Source: Minisyncoccota bacterium
GTDB lineage: Bacteria; Patescibacteriota; Minisyncoccia; JAHIHE01; JAGLIN01
NCBI GenBank assembly: GCA_041661265.1
Contig: JBAZUT010000005.1
Span: 27,038 to 91,037, forward strand
Length of the DNA stretch: 64,000 nucleotides
Reading direction: 5' to 3'
The translations under genes were made by a program, and so were the position numbers. The notes under the pieces are model-generated. The model was not told the DNA's origin. It saw nothing but the letters and a program-made list of their open reading frames with translations, and searched no databases. Below, piece after piece: positions 52,613 through 61,750 of this stretch. Each line of letters begins with the position of its first letter. Position 1 is the first letter of the stretch.

Positions 52613-53590
52613 ATGAATGATAAACAACTGCAGGATTTCGTTTCATATCTTATCGAGAAAAATTACAAGGTTTACAGCCACAAAAATGTCGACAATAATG
52701 TCTTCATAGATGAAGTCAAAACCGGTAAAAATTTCAAGCTTTGCCCGCAAAAACCTTTGCATTCTTTCAAAAGTTTCTTTTTGGCTCCGTGCAAAAAAAT
52801 GATGCAATTCAAGGGAAAGGAAATCCTCTTGCTCAGGGACCCTGACGTAAAGTCCGTTCTTTTGGGACTTCATTTTTATGATATGAAAGCCCTGACGCTT
52901 CATGCCCAAGTTTTCAAGAAAGATCCCTATTTCCAGAAAAAACTCCGAAACATGATCATCATCGGCCAAAGCCCTATTCCCGAAGAGGACAGAAGCTATG
53001 AAAAATTCGAAAAGGAGATTTTGGAACATCTGAAATTCGATATTTTTCTCGAAGCAAAATCCACAAACGACCAGAAAGAATTCAGGATCTTCACCGGCTC
53101 CGAAGACGGGCAGAGGCTTCTTGACGGCTTCGGATATAAGGATTATGAGAACGTGGAATATGAAGGGCCGGTTCCGAAAAAAGGGCTCGATCAATTACAC
53201 CAGGCCCTTATTGAAAAAGTGAGAAAATCAAGAGGAAGCGCGATCTGGAAGGAACTTGGCAAAAAATGCATCGCCTGCGGCAAATGCACCATCGTCTGCC
53301 CTACATGCTTCTGTTTCAAATTCAAGGACGAGATCGAAAAGGACAAGATCACAAGAAGCAGAGAATGGGACAGTTGTTTCTATGAAGATTTTTCCGAGAT
53401 CGCCGGCGGACATAAATTTTTGGATTCGACCGAAGACCGGATATACAACTATTATGACCACAAATTCGTGAGGATACCGAACGAGTATCGCATGGTGGGT
53501 TGCGTCAGCTGCGGAAGATGCACGGAAGTCTGCCCCGCAGGGATAAGCTTGCCCGAAAATATAAAAAGGATCATGGAAGAGATTAAATAA
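52613..53590 (+). CDS. Group 3b hydrogenase beta (Fe-S, AsrA-like) subunit
   Basis: CIACGKCTIVCPTCFC, WDSC, CVSCGRCTEVCP. Confidence 0.9.
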   Translation: MNDKQLQDFVSYLIEKNYKVYSHKNVDNNVFIDEVKTGKNFKLCPQKPLHSFKSFFLAPCKKMMQFKGKEILLLRDPDVKSVLLGLHFYDMKALTLHAQVFKKDPYFQKKLRNMIIIGQSPIPEEDRSYEKFEKEILEHLKFDIFLEAKSTNDQKEFRIFTGSEDGQRLLDGFGYKDYENVEYEGPVPKKGLDQLHQALIEKVRKSRGSAIWKELGKKCIACGKCTIVCPTCFCFKFKDEIEKDKITRSREWDSCFYEDFSEIAGGHKFLDSTEDRIYNYYDHKFVRIPNEYRMVGCVSCGRCTEVCPAGISLPENIKRIMEEIK

Positions 53591-53608
53591 TAAGAAAATC
53601 AAAATAGC

Positions 53609-54430
53609 ATGAAAAATCCATACTATCCGTACGATGCTGAAATAATCAAGGTTGAAGAATTGACTCCCATCAATCGCCTTTTCACTTTCCAGATAAAAGA
53701 CAAAGCTTTCAAAAGCAAATTCAAATTCCGCCACGGACAGTTTTTCATCCTTTCGGTTCCGGGCTTCGGAGAAGCGCCTTTCGGCTTTTGCTCAAGCCCG
53801 ACGATCAAAGACAGCTTCCAGGCTTCAATAGACAAGCGCGGAGGCCTGACAAACAAGCTTTTCGAGCTTAAAAAGGGCATGGCAGTGGGGATCCGCGGAC
53901 CTTATGGGAACGGCTTCGATGACGTGAAAATAAAGACCAGGAATCTTGTGCTTGTCGCGGGAGGGTGCGGACTGTCCCCGCTTCGTACCGTCATCCAGGA
54001 TGCGAGCATGAATCCCGGCAATTTCAAAAAAATACAGATCTTTTATGGCTGCAGAAATCCCGAACTCCTGTCGTTCCAGAAGGACTACAAAGCGTGGAGC
54101 AAAAATATCGAAGTCAATCTGACCGTCGACGCGCCTGACAACAAGTGGAAAGATAATGTCGGAGTTGTGACGAACCTCCTGACACAGGAAAAGATCAAAA
54201 GTGATTCCGTTGCGATCCTTGTGGGGCCTCCTATCATGTATAAATTCGTCGTGAAAAAACTCCTGGAGCTCGGATTGAAAGAAGAAGATATATATGTTTC
54301 TCTGGAAAGAAGAATGCATTGCGGAATCGGCGTTTGCCAGCACTGCGCGCTAATCAATGGCGGCTATGTCTGCACCGACGGCCCGCTCTTCTCCTATGCA
54401 GAGATCAAGAATGTGCCGGAAGGAATCTGA
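53609..54430 (+). CDS. Group 3b hydrogenase gamma (FAD/NAD(P)-binding) subunit
   Basis: GQF, IRGPYGNGF, AGGCG, GPPIM, ERRMHCGIGVCQHC, CTDGP. Confidence 0.92.
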   Translation: MKNPYYPYDAEIIKVEELTPINRLFTFQIKDKAFKSKFKFRHGQFFILSVPGFGEAPFGFCSSPTIKDSFQASIDKRGGLTNKLFELKKGMAVGIRGPYGNGFDDVKIKTRNLVLVAGGCGLSPLRTVIQDASMNPGNFKKIQIFYGCRNPELLSFQKDYKAWSKNIEVNLTVDAPDNKWKDNVGVVTNLLTQEKIKSDSVAILVGPPIMYKFVVKKLLELGLKEEDIYVSLERRMHCGIGVCQHCALINGGYVCTDGPLFSYAEIKNVPEGI

Positions 54431-54575
54431 AAAATTTAAAATTGAAAGATCAAAATGGAAAATGACAGCTTAAAGTTTAAAAATGAATCCAAGAAACAAC
54501 CTCGCAAAAATAAAAGATAATTTTAACATTTTTAATTGTCAATTTAATTTTTAATATTTACATTTTACATTTATT
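54430..54575. repeat. Heptamer-repeat palindrome enclosing 21-codon mini-ORF
   Basis: AAAATTT AAAATTG AAAGATC AAAATGG AAAATGAC... / ...TTGTCAATTTAATTTTTAATATTTACATTTTACA. Confidence 0.85.
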
Positions 54576-54576
54576 T

Positions 54577-55347
54577 ATGCCAAAGCCCAAAACAGCCATA
54601 ATCAGCCTTACATGTTGCGAAGGGTGCCAGCTTTCCATTCTTGATCTTGGCGAAAAACTTCTTGATATTGCGGAAAAGCTGGATCTCCGGTCGTTCCGCC
54701 TCGCTTCGGGAACAAAGAATTTTCCCGGACCATATGACATCGCCATCGTTGAGGGATGCCCCGTCACAAAAGACAATTTTGAGAAACTTCTGGAGATCAG
54801 AAAACAGTCCAAAGTCCTGATCGCCCTTGGAGCCTGCGCGCACCTCGGAGGAGTCGCTGAGATCAAAAACTACAGAGGCAACAAAGATGAGCAGATAAAA
54901 TATGTCTATAAGAATTTTGAAAGGATAGATAATCCGGACATTAAAGCCATAAGCGAAGTTGTTCCGATCGACGCCTTCATCCCCGGATGCCCCATCAACA
55001 AAGAAGAATTCTATAGGATAGTGATGGAATTTGCAGAAGGAAAAAAACCGACCATCGCCCAAAGACCGGTCTGCTATGAATGCCAGCTCAGAAGAAACAA
55101 ATGCCTGCTCCAGGAAGGAAAACCCTGCTTCGGCCCCGTAACGCTCGGAGGATGCGAAGCGATCTGCCCCTCGAATGGGTTTATCTGCGAAGCCTGCCGG
55201 GGCCCGCTCAAGGGCGCAAGCATTGAAAAATTGACGGAGATCCTAAAAGACAGGATGACAAATGAAGAACTTATGAAAATTTCAGAGATATACGGCGCAA
55301 AGAATGAATTTGAAGATGCGATGTCAAAAACAGAAAATGGAAAGTAG
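54577..55347 (+). CDS. Group 3b hydrogenase delta (small) subunit
   Basis: TCCEGCQ, GACA, IPGCP, VCYEC, CFGPVT..GC..CP. Confidence 0.93.
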   Translation: MPKPKTAIISLTCCEGCQLSILDLGEKLLDIAEKLDLRSFRLASGTKNFPGPYDIAIVEGCPVTKDNFEKLLEIRKQSKVLIALGACAHLGGVAEIKNYRGNKDEQIKYVYKNFERIDNPDIKAISEVVPIDAFIPGCPINKEEFYRIVMEFAEGKKPTIAQRPVCYECQLRRNKCLLQEGKPCFGPVTLGGCEAICPSNGFICEACRGPLKGASIEKLTEILKDRMTNEELMKISEIYGAKNEFEDAMSKTENGK

Positions 55348-55358
55348 ACAATGGAGAG

Positions 55359-55505
55359 TTGAAGAATGAAGTTGAAAGTTTAATTCACGTATCATTGGAA
55401 TTAAAATACATAGACAACGAATGCTTTATGAGTGTAAAAAATAAGATCAGCAAAATCGGAAACCTATTGGGTGGTTTTAAAAAATATTTAAACAGCAAAA
55501 AGTAG
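55359..55505 (+). pseudogene. C-terminal fragment resembling a four-helix-bundle (TIGR02436/23S-IVP-like) protein
   Basis: NEVESLIHVSLELKYIDNECFMSVKNKISKIGNLLGGFKKYLNSKK*, flanked by AAAGTAG/CTTTCTA heptamers. Confidence 0.6.
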
Positions 55506-55551
55506 AAAGGCATTCTCCACCCGCCACTTTCTACTATCTACTTTCTAATTT

Positions 55552-56814
55552 ATGAAAATAAAAATCGATCATATCGCGAAAATCGAAGGGCACGCCGGAT
55601 TTGTAGGGCACATCGTAAAAGGCAATGTGAAAAAGGCTCAAATCGAGGTGCAGGAAGGTGCAAGGCTTATCGAGAGCCTCCTTATTGGAAGAAACTATGA
55701 GGACGCGCCCGTAATCACATCCCGAATCTGCGGACTTTGCCCCGTCATTCACAATATCACAAGCATAAAGGCTCTTGAAGAATGCTTTGGCATAAAACCG
55801 ACGAAGGAAACCGTGATGCTTCGCGAACTCATGCTCGCGGGCCAGATCATCCAGAGCCATGTCCTGCATATATTCTTCCTGAGCTCCACGGACTATTTCA
55901 AGAACAGGGACGGACTTGATATTGCGGGAGAAAGACCCGAATTCGTCGTAAAAGTTCTGAGGCTCCGGGATTTCGGCAACAATGTCATAAAGTTCATCGG
56001 AGGAAGAGCCATTCATCCCCTGACCCCGAAAGTTGGCGGATGGCACAAGGTCCCGAATAAAAGCATTCTCCAGGAGATCGAAAAAGAAGGAAAAAAAGTT
56101 CTCCCCTACAGCAAGCTTCTCGTGGATTTCGTTATGTCGCTCAAGATCCCCGATTTCAAAAGAAAGACTGAATATCTGGCGCATAAGCCCAATGAAGAAA
56201 ACAAGTATTCTTCATATTACGGAAAAGTGCATTCAAACGAAGGCTGGGTTGCGAATGAGGAAAAATTCAGAGCGGAAATTAAGGAACAGCAGATGGACGG
56301 AACTGTGGCAAAACTCGCAAAGCGCGACGGGAAAAGCTATGCGACCGATGCCCTTGCACGGCTTCATATCAACAAAGAGAACCTGAATCCGAATGCAAAG
56401 AGAGCCCTGGAAAAGTCGAAGCTCAAGTTCCCGAATTACAATCCTTTCTATAACACCCTTGCGCAGACGATCGAAGTTATGCACTATGTCGAAGAATGCA
56501 GGAAGATCGCAGCGGAACTTGAAAAATGCGACCTTGCAAATATAAATACCAATTTTCAGGTGACTGCCGGCCATGGCGCCGCGATACTTGAGGCCCCGCG
56601 AGGCATGCTCTATCACGCCTATGAAGTAGACGGGCAAGGAATGATCACGAAAGCGGATGTGATGACGCCTACAGCGCAATTGCTCGTTAATCTGAATGAC
56701 GACCTCAAGCGATATCTTCCGCACGTGAACAAGTTCAAGAAGGAAAAAAGGGAACATGAGATCCTGAAGCTCGTCCATTCATATGATCCATGCATTTCAT
56801 GCTCGACGCATTGA
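55552..56814 (+). CDS. Group 3b [NiFe]-hydrogenase alpha (large) subunit
   Basis: KIEGH, L1 RICGLCPVIH, EAPRG, L2 DPCISCSTH then stop. Confidence 0.95.
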   Translation: MKIKIDHIAKIEGHAGFVGHIVKGNVKKAQIEVQEGARLIESLLIGRNYEDAPVITSRICGLCPVIHNITSIKALEECFGIKPTKETVMLRELMLAGQIIQSHVLHIFFLSSTDYFKNRDGLDIAGERPEFVVKVLRLRDFGNNVIKFIGGRAIHPLTPKVGGWHKVPNKSILQEIEKEGKKVLPYSKLLVDFVMSLKIPDFKRKTEYLAHKPNEENKYSSYYGKVHSNEGWVANEEKFRAEIKEQQMDGTVAKLAKRDGKSYATDALARLHINKENLNPNAKRALEKSKLKFPNYNPFYNTLAQTIEVMHYVEECRKIAAELEKCDLANINTNFQVTAGHGAAILEAPRGMLYHAYEVDGQGMITKADVMTPTAQLLVNLNDDLKRYLPHVNKFKKEKREHEILKLVHSYDPCISCSTH

Positions 56815-56930
56815 AAATGAAAAAAGCAAATATCCCATGCCTGCGGCAGGCAGGAAAAATAAAAATGACAATGTAAAATTAAAAATTAAATTTCATTTTT
56901 CATTTTGATTTTTTAATTTTAAACTTGAAA
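56813..56930. repeat. Heptamer-repeat palindrome interrupted by a GC-rich mini-palindrome
   Basis: AAAATGA AAAAAGC AAATATC [ccatgcctgcggcaggcagg] AAAAATA AAAATGAC... / TTTTCATTTTGATTTTTTAATTTTAAAC. Confidence 0.8.
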
Positions 56931-56931
56931 C

Positions 56932-57186
56932 ATGCACGATATCCATGCAGCCAACCAGATCCTGAAAACTGCGCTTGAATACGCAAATAAGAACAAGTTC
57001 AAGAGAATAAGCTCAATGACGATCGAGCTTGGAAAGATTGTGGAACATAATGAACTCATAACTCCGGATAACTTAAAGTATAATATCGGACTTATCTCCA
57101 AGAACACCCCTGCCGAAAATTGCGAAATCATAGTGAATCAATCTGACAGCAACGAATTGAAGCTGGTTGAGATCGACGGAGAATAG
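56932..57186 (+). CDS. hypA: HypA-like nickel metallochaperone lacking the Zn-finger
   Basis: MHD start, I..IELG, NTPAENCEI, ELKLVEI; no CxxC pairs; follows large subunit. Confidence 0.75.
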   Translation: MHDIHAANQILKTALEYANKNKFKRISSMTIELGKIVEHNELITPDNLKYNIGLISKNTPAENCEIIVNQSDSNELKLVEIDGE

Positions 57187-57220
57187 ATTATTATTTTTAT
57201 CATATTTTGGCTTTGCTTAA

Positions 57221-57266
57221 TGTCATCCTGAACTTGCCTGCCCGCCTTTGGAGGGGTTCAGGATCT
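57221..57266. repeat. ATCCTGAAC/GTTCAGGAT hairpin element with nested insert
   Basis: tgtcatcctgaacttg-cctgcccgcctttggaggg-gttcaggatct. Confidence 0.6.
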
Positions 57267-57338
57267 TCGTTTTAATATCTCCATATAAAGAAACACGCTA
57301 TGCGTGTTTTATTGTATCGCTTTCATCCTATTAATTTG

Positions 57339-57869
57339 TCACATAAACAGATTCTCCGGATTATTCCTGTCCAGTTCCCATTTTATGGGATTATTTTGAA
57401 TATATCCACGGATCTCAAGCAATGATCTTTCATTGCGAATAACGTGGTCATAGAAAGAACGTTGCCACTGAAAATTTGTATCCGGATTTATTTCGCTAAT
57501 ACAGCGCGATGAAAATGTCTTGAAGCCGCGTATTATTTCAGATAATGAATATTTTTTGAATTGCTTGTCCGTAGTGACAGGTTTCAAACCTGTCACTACC
57601 ATCGCAATCGCGGTATTATCAATAGCAATGATTCCATGCATATGATTCGGCATAATAATCCATTCAACCAAAATACAATTTTTATAATGACTTGGCAAAT
57701 CCAACCAGCATTTTTTAGCGATTTCTCCGCACTTATTCAAAATCATTTTCCCGTCCTCAACTTTGCCAAAATATTCCTTCTTGTTTTTTATACAAATGGT
57801 CACAAAATAATACCCATCTTGTGAATAATCATAATCAGGTAATCTGTTCGATTTTCGGGATTTTAACAT
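57339..57869 (-). mobile_element. REP-associated tyrosine transposase (RAYT, IS200-like HUH)
   Basis: RL..YDYS, YFVTIC, MPNHMHGII, IIRGFK, WQRSFYDHVIR, YIQNNP. Confidence 0.92.
57571..57599. repeat. GTAG-type REP palindrome inside RAYT gene
   Basis: GTAGTGACAGGTTTcAAACCTGTCACTAC. Confidence 0.9.
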
Positions 57870-57886
57870 GTTATCACGAAACAATA

Positions 57887-57915
57887 GTAGTGACAGGTTT
57901 GAAACCTGTCACTAC
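57887..57915. repeat. GTAG-type REP palindrome upstream of RAYT gene
   Basis: GTAGTGACAGGTTTgAAACCTGTCACTAC. Confidence 0.9.
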
Positions 57916-57934
57916 AAAATAAATTAATGTATGT

Positions 57935-58789
57935 TTATCTATTCCTGAAAAGCTCTATCTTTTCTTCCACCGCTTTCTGTACATTGTCCCTTGCAATGGA
58001 CATGAATTTTCTCGGATCGGTCGTCTGTTCGCCGCTGGCAAAAAAATTCTTGAGGGCTTCAATGAACGCGACCCTGATCTGTGTGTCGATGTTCACGTTC
58101 ACTATCCCAAATTCAGATATGGCCCTTTTCACATCTTCGACAGGGACTCCCGAACCGCCATGCAGAACGAATGGCGTGGAAACCTTTTCCCGGATCTTTT
58201 TCAGAAGATCGAAATCAAGCCTTGGATTTTCCTTCCCCTTGTATCCTCCGTGGATATTCCCGATTATGACAGCCAGCGTGTCAACTTTGGTCTTTTTGAC
58301 GAATTCTTCCGCCTCATCCGGTTCGGTTTTTTCCATCTGACTCAGAGCCACACCGACTTCAACGCTGGAATCGAGCTTCGGAATCTTTCCAAGTTCCGCC
58401 TGAATGAATACGCCCTTTTTGTGGCCATATTTCACGATCTCTTTTGTGATCTCGACGTTCTTTTCAAAATCATATGCGGAAGCGTCTATCATGACGGATT
58501 CGAATCCCGCATCGATGCACTTGATCACATTATCAGAATGCTTTCCATGATCAAGATGCAAAACCAGTTTCGCTTTCGATTCAGAAATAACACCCCTAAT
58601 CAAAGCTACAAGTGCATCAAATCCGGCATATTCAAGGGCATTTTCCGTGACACCGATCAGCGCTGGAAAATCTTTTGCGACAGCCGCACGCGCGATCCCC
58701 TGCGTTATCTCAAGATTATTGGTATCGAACGTCCCGACTGCATATCCCCCCTTTTTCGCATCGTTTATGATTTGTTTGATTAGTGACAT
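57935..58789 (-). CDS. fba: Class II fructose-bisphosphate aldolase
   Basis: HLDHG, SVMIDAS, GNIHG, VLHGGSG, VNIDT, DPR. Confidence 0.95.
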   Translation of the reverse strand: MSLIKQIINDAKKGGYAVGTFDTNNLEITQGIARAAVAKDFPALIGVTENALEYAGFDALVALIRGVISESKAKLVLHLDHGKHSDNVIKCIDAGFESVMIDASAYDFEKNVEITKEIVKYGHKKGVFIQAELGKIPKLDSSVEVGVALSQMEKTEPDEAEEFVKKTKVDTLAVIIGNIHGGYKGKENPRLDFDLLKKIREKVSTPFVLHGGSGVPVEDVKRAISEFGIVNVNIDTQIRVAFIEALKNFFASGEQTTDPRKFMSIARDNVQKAVEEKIELFRNR

Positions 58790-58874
58790 GTTTCAAATTA
58801 AAAGTGAAAAGTTAAAAATAAAAAATAAAATTTATATACTAGATAAAACACTTGCATTACAATATGATAACTAC

Positions 58875-59465
58875 TTACTCAACACACATTCCACGCTCAC
58901 AATAAGGCACTAAATGTTTTTCTTCTAGATCATCCCAATTATACAATGAGTCGTTGTAGCATAAAAAGGCATAATAATCAAAATGGGGATGAGTAACTTT
59001 TAAACCAAGTGATTTGCAATAAGCTTCTGCTGCCGGAATCTCTTTATTGTTGTTTATCATATAACATGTATAAATACCATCCTCTCTCTTTGAACAATAT
59101 TTTTCAAATATCTTTTTTGAATTATATGCATCTATGATATTTCCAAATGGCATATAAATATCAAATAATACTACAAACGTGACGACTAAAATGAAAAATA
59201 AGCGTTCTTTCTTTTTTTTAATTATTTTTGTGAGAAATAAATAAAGTAAAATTAAAAATAACACACTAATCAAAACTGTTGACGTAGAAGAAAGACTGGG
59301 CTCTAAGGTTGTGTAATATGCAACTTCGTTTGAAACATATGTTGATATAACAATTGATGGAATATATATAATATGGCCTAATATAATAGCACATATCAAT
59401 TCACCGACAATCTTTGCTATTTTTATTATTTTGCTGTCTTGTTTTTGTTTTAGACCCTCTTCCAT
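58875..59465 (-). CDS. AT-rich hypothetical membrane protein between tpiA and fba
   Basis: Three TMs plus Cys-containing C-terminal domain. Confidence 0.7.
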   Translation of the reverse strand: MEEGLKQKQDSKIIKIAKIVGELICAIILGHIIYIPSIVISTYVSNEVAYYTTLEPSLSSTSTVLISVLFLILLYLFLTKIIKKKKERLFFILVVTFVVLFDIYMPFGNIIDAYNSKKIFEKYCSKREDGIYTCYMINNNKEIPAAEAYCKSLGLKVTHPHFDYYAFLCYNDSLYNWDDLEEKHLVPYCERGMCVE

Positions 59466-59478
59466 ATTTATTATTATT

Positions 59479-60246
59479 TTAACTGAACAAATTCACAATC
59501 CTCACAAATTCGCTGGCGTTCAGGGATGCTCCTCCGACAAGAAGCCCTTCCATTCCGGCCTTTTCGACAAAATCAGTTGCATTTTTATCATTCACGCTTC
59601 CGCCATAGAGGATCGGGAGATGATCTGCAGTCTTGCGATCATATAGCTTCGTTATGACCTTTCTGATGAGAAGCGCCATGCTCATGATGTCATCCGAAGT
59701 CGGAGTGTTTCCCGTGCCAATGGCCCAGATCGGCTCATAGGCTATGATAAGATCTTTCACCAAGTATCCGCTCGGAACGCCTGCCAGTCCTTTTTCTATC
59801 TCATTTGAAATGATATCCCCTGCCTTGTCCTCATCTCTTTCCTTTTGTGATTCCCCCACACAGAAGATAGGTTTGACGTTATTTTTCAATGCTGAATTTA
59901 TTTTCAGATTGATATTTTTATCAGTCTCTCCGAGATATATCCTTCTTTCCGAATGCCCTATTATCGCATAACCGACCCCCATGTCTTTTGCCATTTTTGC
60001 AGATATTTCTCCCGTATAAGCTCCGCTATCTTCCCAAAATATATTTTGGACCCCGATATCGAAACTTTTTCCACCTTTTATATTCGGAATATAAAAATAG
60101 GGTGGACAAATCACAACTTTGACGTTCTCCGAAATCTTTATCCCGTTCTTAACGGTTCTGATAATATTATCGGCCTCCTTGAAACTGACCGGATTCATTT
60201 TCCAGTTGGCGACAATTATTTTGGGTTTGATCCCGTTTTCAAACAT
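59479..60246 (-). CDS. tpiA: Triosephosphate isomerase
   Basis: ANWKMN, GHSERR, AYEPIWAIGTG, YGGSV, LVGGASL. Confidence 0.98.
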   Translation of the reverse strand: MFENGIKPKIIVANWKMNPVSFKEADNIIRTVKNGIKISENVKVVICPPYFYIPNIKGGKSFDIGVQNIFWEDSGAYTGEISAKMAKDMGVGYAIIGHSERRIYLGETDKNINLKINSALKNNVKPIFCVGESQKERDEDKAGDIISNEIEKGLAGVPSGYLVKDLIIAYEPIWAIGTGNTPTSDDIMSMALLIRKVITKLYDRKTADHLPILYGGSVNDKNATDFVEKAGMEGLLVGGASLNASEFVRIVNLFS

Positions 60247-60273
60247 CTTTGTAATAAATTAAAGATATGAGTT

Positions 60274-60434
60274 CCAAAATTAAAATATTGAAATGTAAAA
60301 TTAAAAAATCAAATTGTAAAATGACAGTTAAAAATTTAAAATGGATCAGATAAACGGCTTTTTGATATAATAATGATCATCATTTTGACATTTTAATTTG
60401 TCATTTTTATTTTTGATATTTACATTTTAAACTT
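60274..60434. repeat. Heptamer-repeat imperfect palindrome (gdhA-tpiA)
   Basis: ...AAAATGACAGTTAAAAATTTAAAAT / ATTTTGACATTTTAATTTGTCATTTT... Confidence 0.85.
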
Positions 60435-61727
60435 TTAGAGGTTTCTTCTCAATTTCTCCGCCCTAGCGACCCTTTCTACGGCAACGGCATATGCCGCAAG
60501 GCGGGTGCTGATCCCGAGATCTTCTTTCTTGCTCCAGACCGCATCGAACGAGCTTTCCATTATTTTCTTCAATTTGCCGATATTTTCAGCCTCATCCCAA
60601 TAATAGTTCTGAAGATTCTGAACCCATTCAAAATAACTCACGATGACTCCGCCGGCGTTAGCCAGAATATCCGGAATGACCACGATCCCCCTTTTCTCCA
60701 ATTTTGTATCCGCTTCGGGAGTGACAGGGCCGTTCGCAAGCTCGATTATGAGCTTCGCTTTTATCTGCGAGGCATTCTGTTCAGTTATCACATTCTCGAG
60801 CGCAGATGGCATAAGGACATCCACATCCAGTTTCAAAAGCTGTTCGTTCGTTATAGTCCTCGTCCCGGGGAATCCGACGACGGACCTGGTGTCTTTTTTG
60901 AATTTCATGATCTTTTTGATGTCGAGAGCGTCATGCCCGCCAATCCCGTCTTTTCCTTTTTCATTTTTAGTTTTAACTTTTTCATTTGAAACTATTCCGC
61001 CTCTTGAGTCTGACACAGCGACGACTTTATAGCCCAGCGCGTTCAGGATCTCCGCGGCAAACGAACCCACATTTCCAAATCCCTGGATGGCGATCGTCAG
61101 CTTCTTGGGATCGAGTTTCATTTTTTTGATCGCTTTCTCAAAAACATAAACACCTCCCTGAGAAGTCGAGTATTTTCTTCCTCTCGCTCCGCCAACCTCG
61201 AGAGGTTTTCCCGTGACAACGCCGGGAACATTGTATCCCTTGATCCTACTGAATTCATCCATCATCCATGCCATGATCTGCGGGGTCGTATAGACATCGG
61301 GAGCAGGTATATCCTTCTCGGGACCGATAAAATCTTTCAGCTCCTGGATATATCCCCTTGAGAGCCTTTCAAGCTCCCCATTCGAAAGCTTCGACGAATC
61401 GACAATGATCCCGCCCTTGCCTCCTCCATAAGGAAGTCCGGCAACGGAACATTTCCACGTCATCCATGCGGAAAGCGCTTTAACCTCGGAAAGATTGACC
61501 TTTGGATGGAACCTGATGCCTCCCTTGAACGGCCCGAGAGCATCATTATATTGAACGCGATACCCCCTGAAAACCTTCATCTCCCCCGAATCCATCTTGA
61601 TCGGGATTGAGACTTCAAGGATCCTCTTGGGATTTTTCAGTATCTCCAGAACATTCTTGTCCAATTTCAAAAGCGAAGCTGCATTCTCCAGCTGCTTGGT
61701 GGCATTCGCGAAAGGATTCATTGCCAT
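60435..61727 (-). CDS. gdhA: Glu/Leu/Phe/Val dehydrogenase (glutamate dehydrogenase)
   Basis: [37 protein letters not shown]. Confidence 0.96.
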   Translation of the reverse strand: MAMNPFANATKQLENAASLLKLDKNVLEILKNPKRILEVSIPIKMDSGEMKVFRGYRVQYNDALGPFKGGIRFHPKVNLSEVKALSAWMTWKCSVAGLPYGGGKGGIIVDSSKLSNGELERLSRGYIQELKDFIGPEKDIPAPDVYTTPQIMAWMMDEFSRIKGYNVPGVVTGKPLEVGGARGRKYSTSQGGVYVFEKAIKKMKLDPKKLTIAIQGFGNVGSFAAEILNALGYKVVAVSDSRGGIVSNEKVKTKNEKGKDGIGGHDALDIKKIMKFKKDTRSVVGFPGTRTITNEQLLKLDVDVLMPSALENVITEQNASQIKAKLIIELANGPVTPEADTKLEKRGIVVIPDILANAGGVIVSYFEWVQNLQNYYWDEAENIGKLKKIMESSFDAVWSKKEDLGISTRLAAYAVAVERVARAEKLRRNL

Positions 61728-61750
61728 ATGTTTCGTTTAGTTTGTTACAA

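Noticed and set aside
55333-55550. Diversity-generating retroelement (Avd-like remnant)
   Set aside because: No reverse transcriptase and no template/variable repeat pair with adenine-specific mismatches seen.
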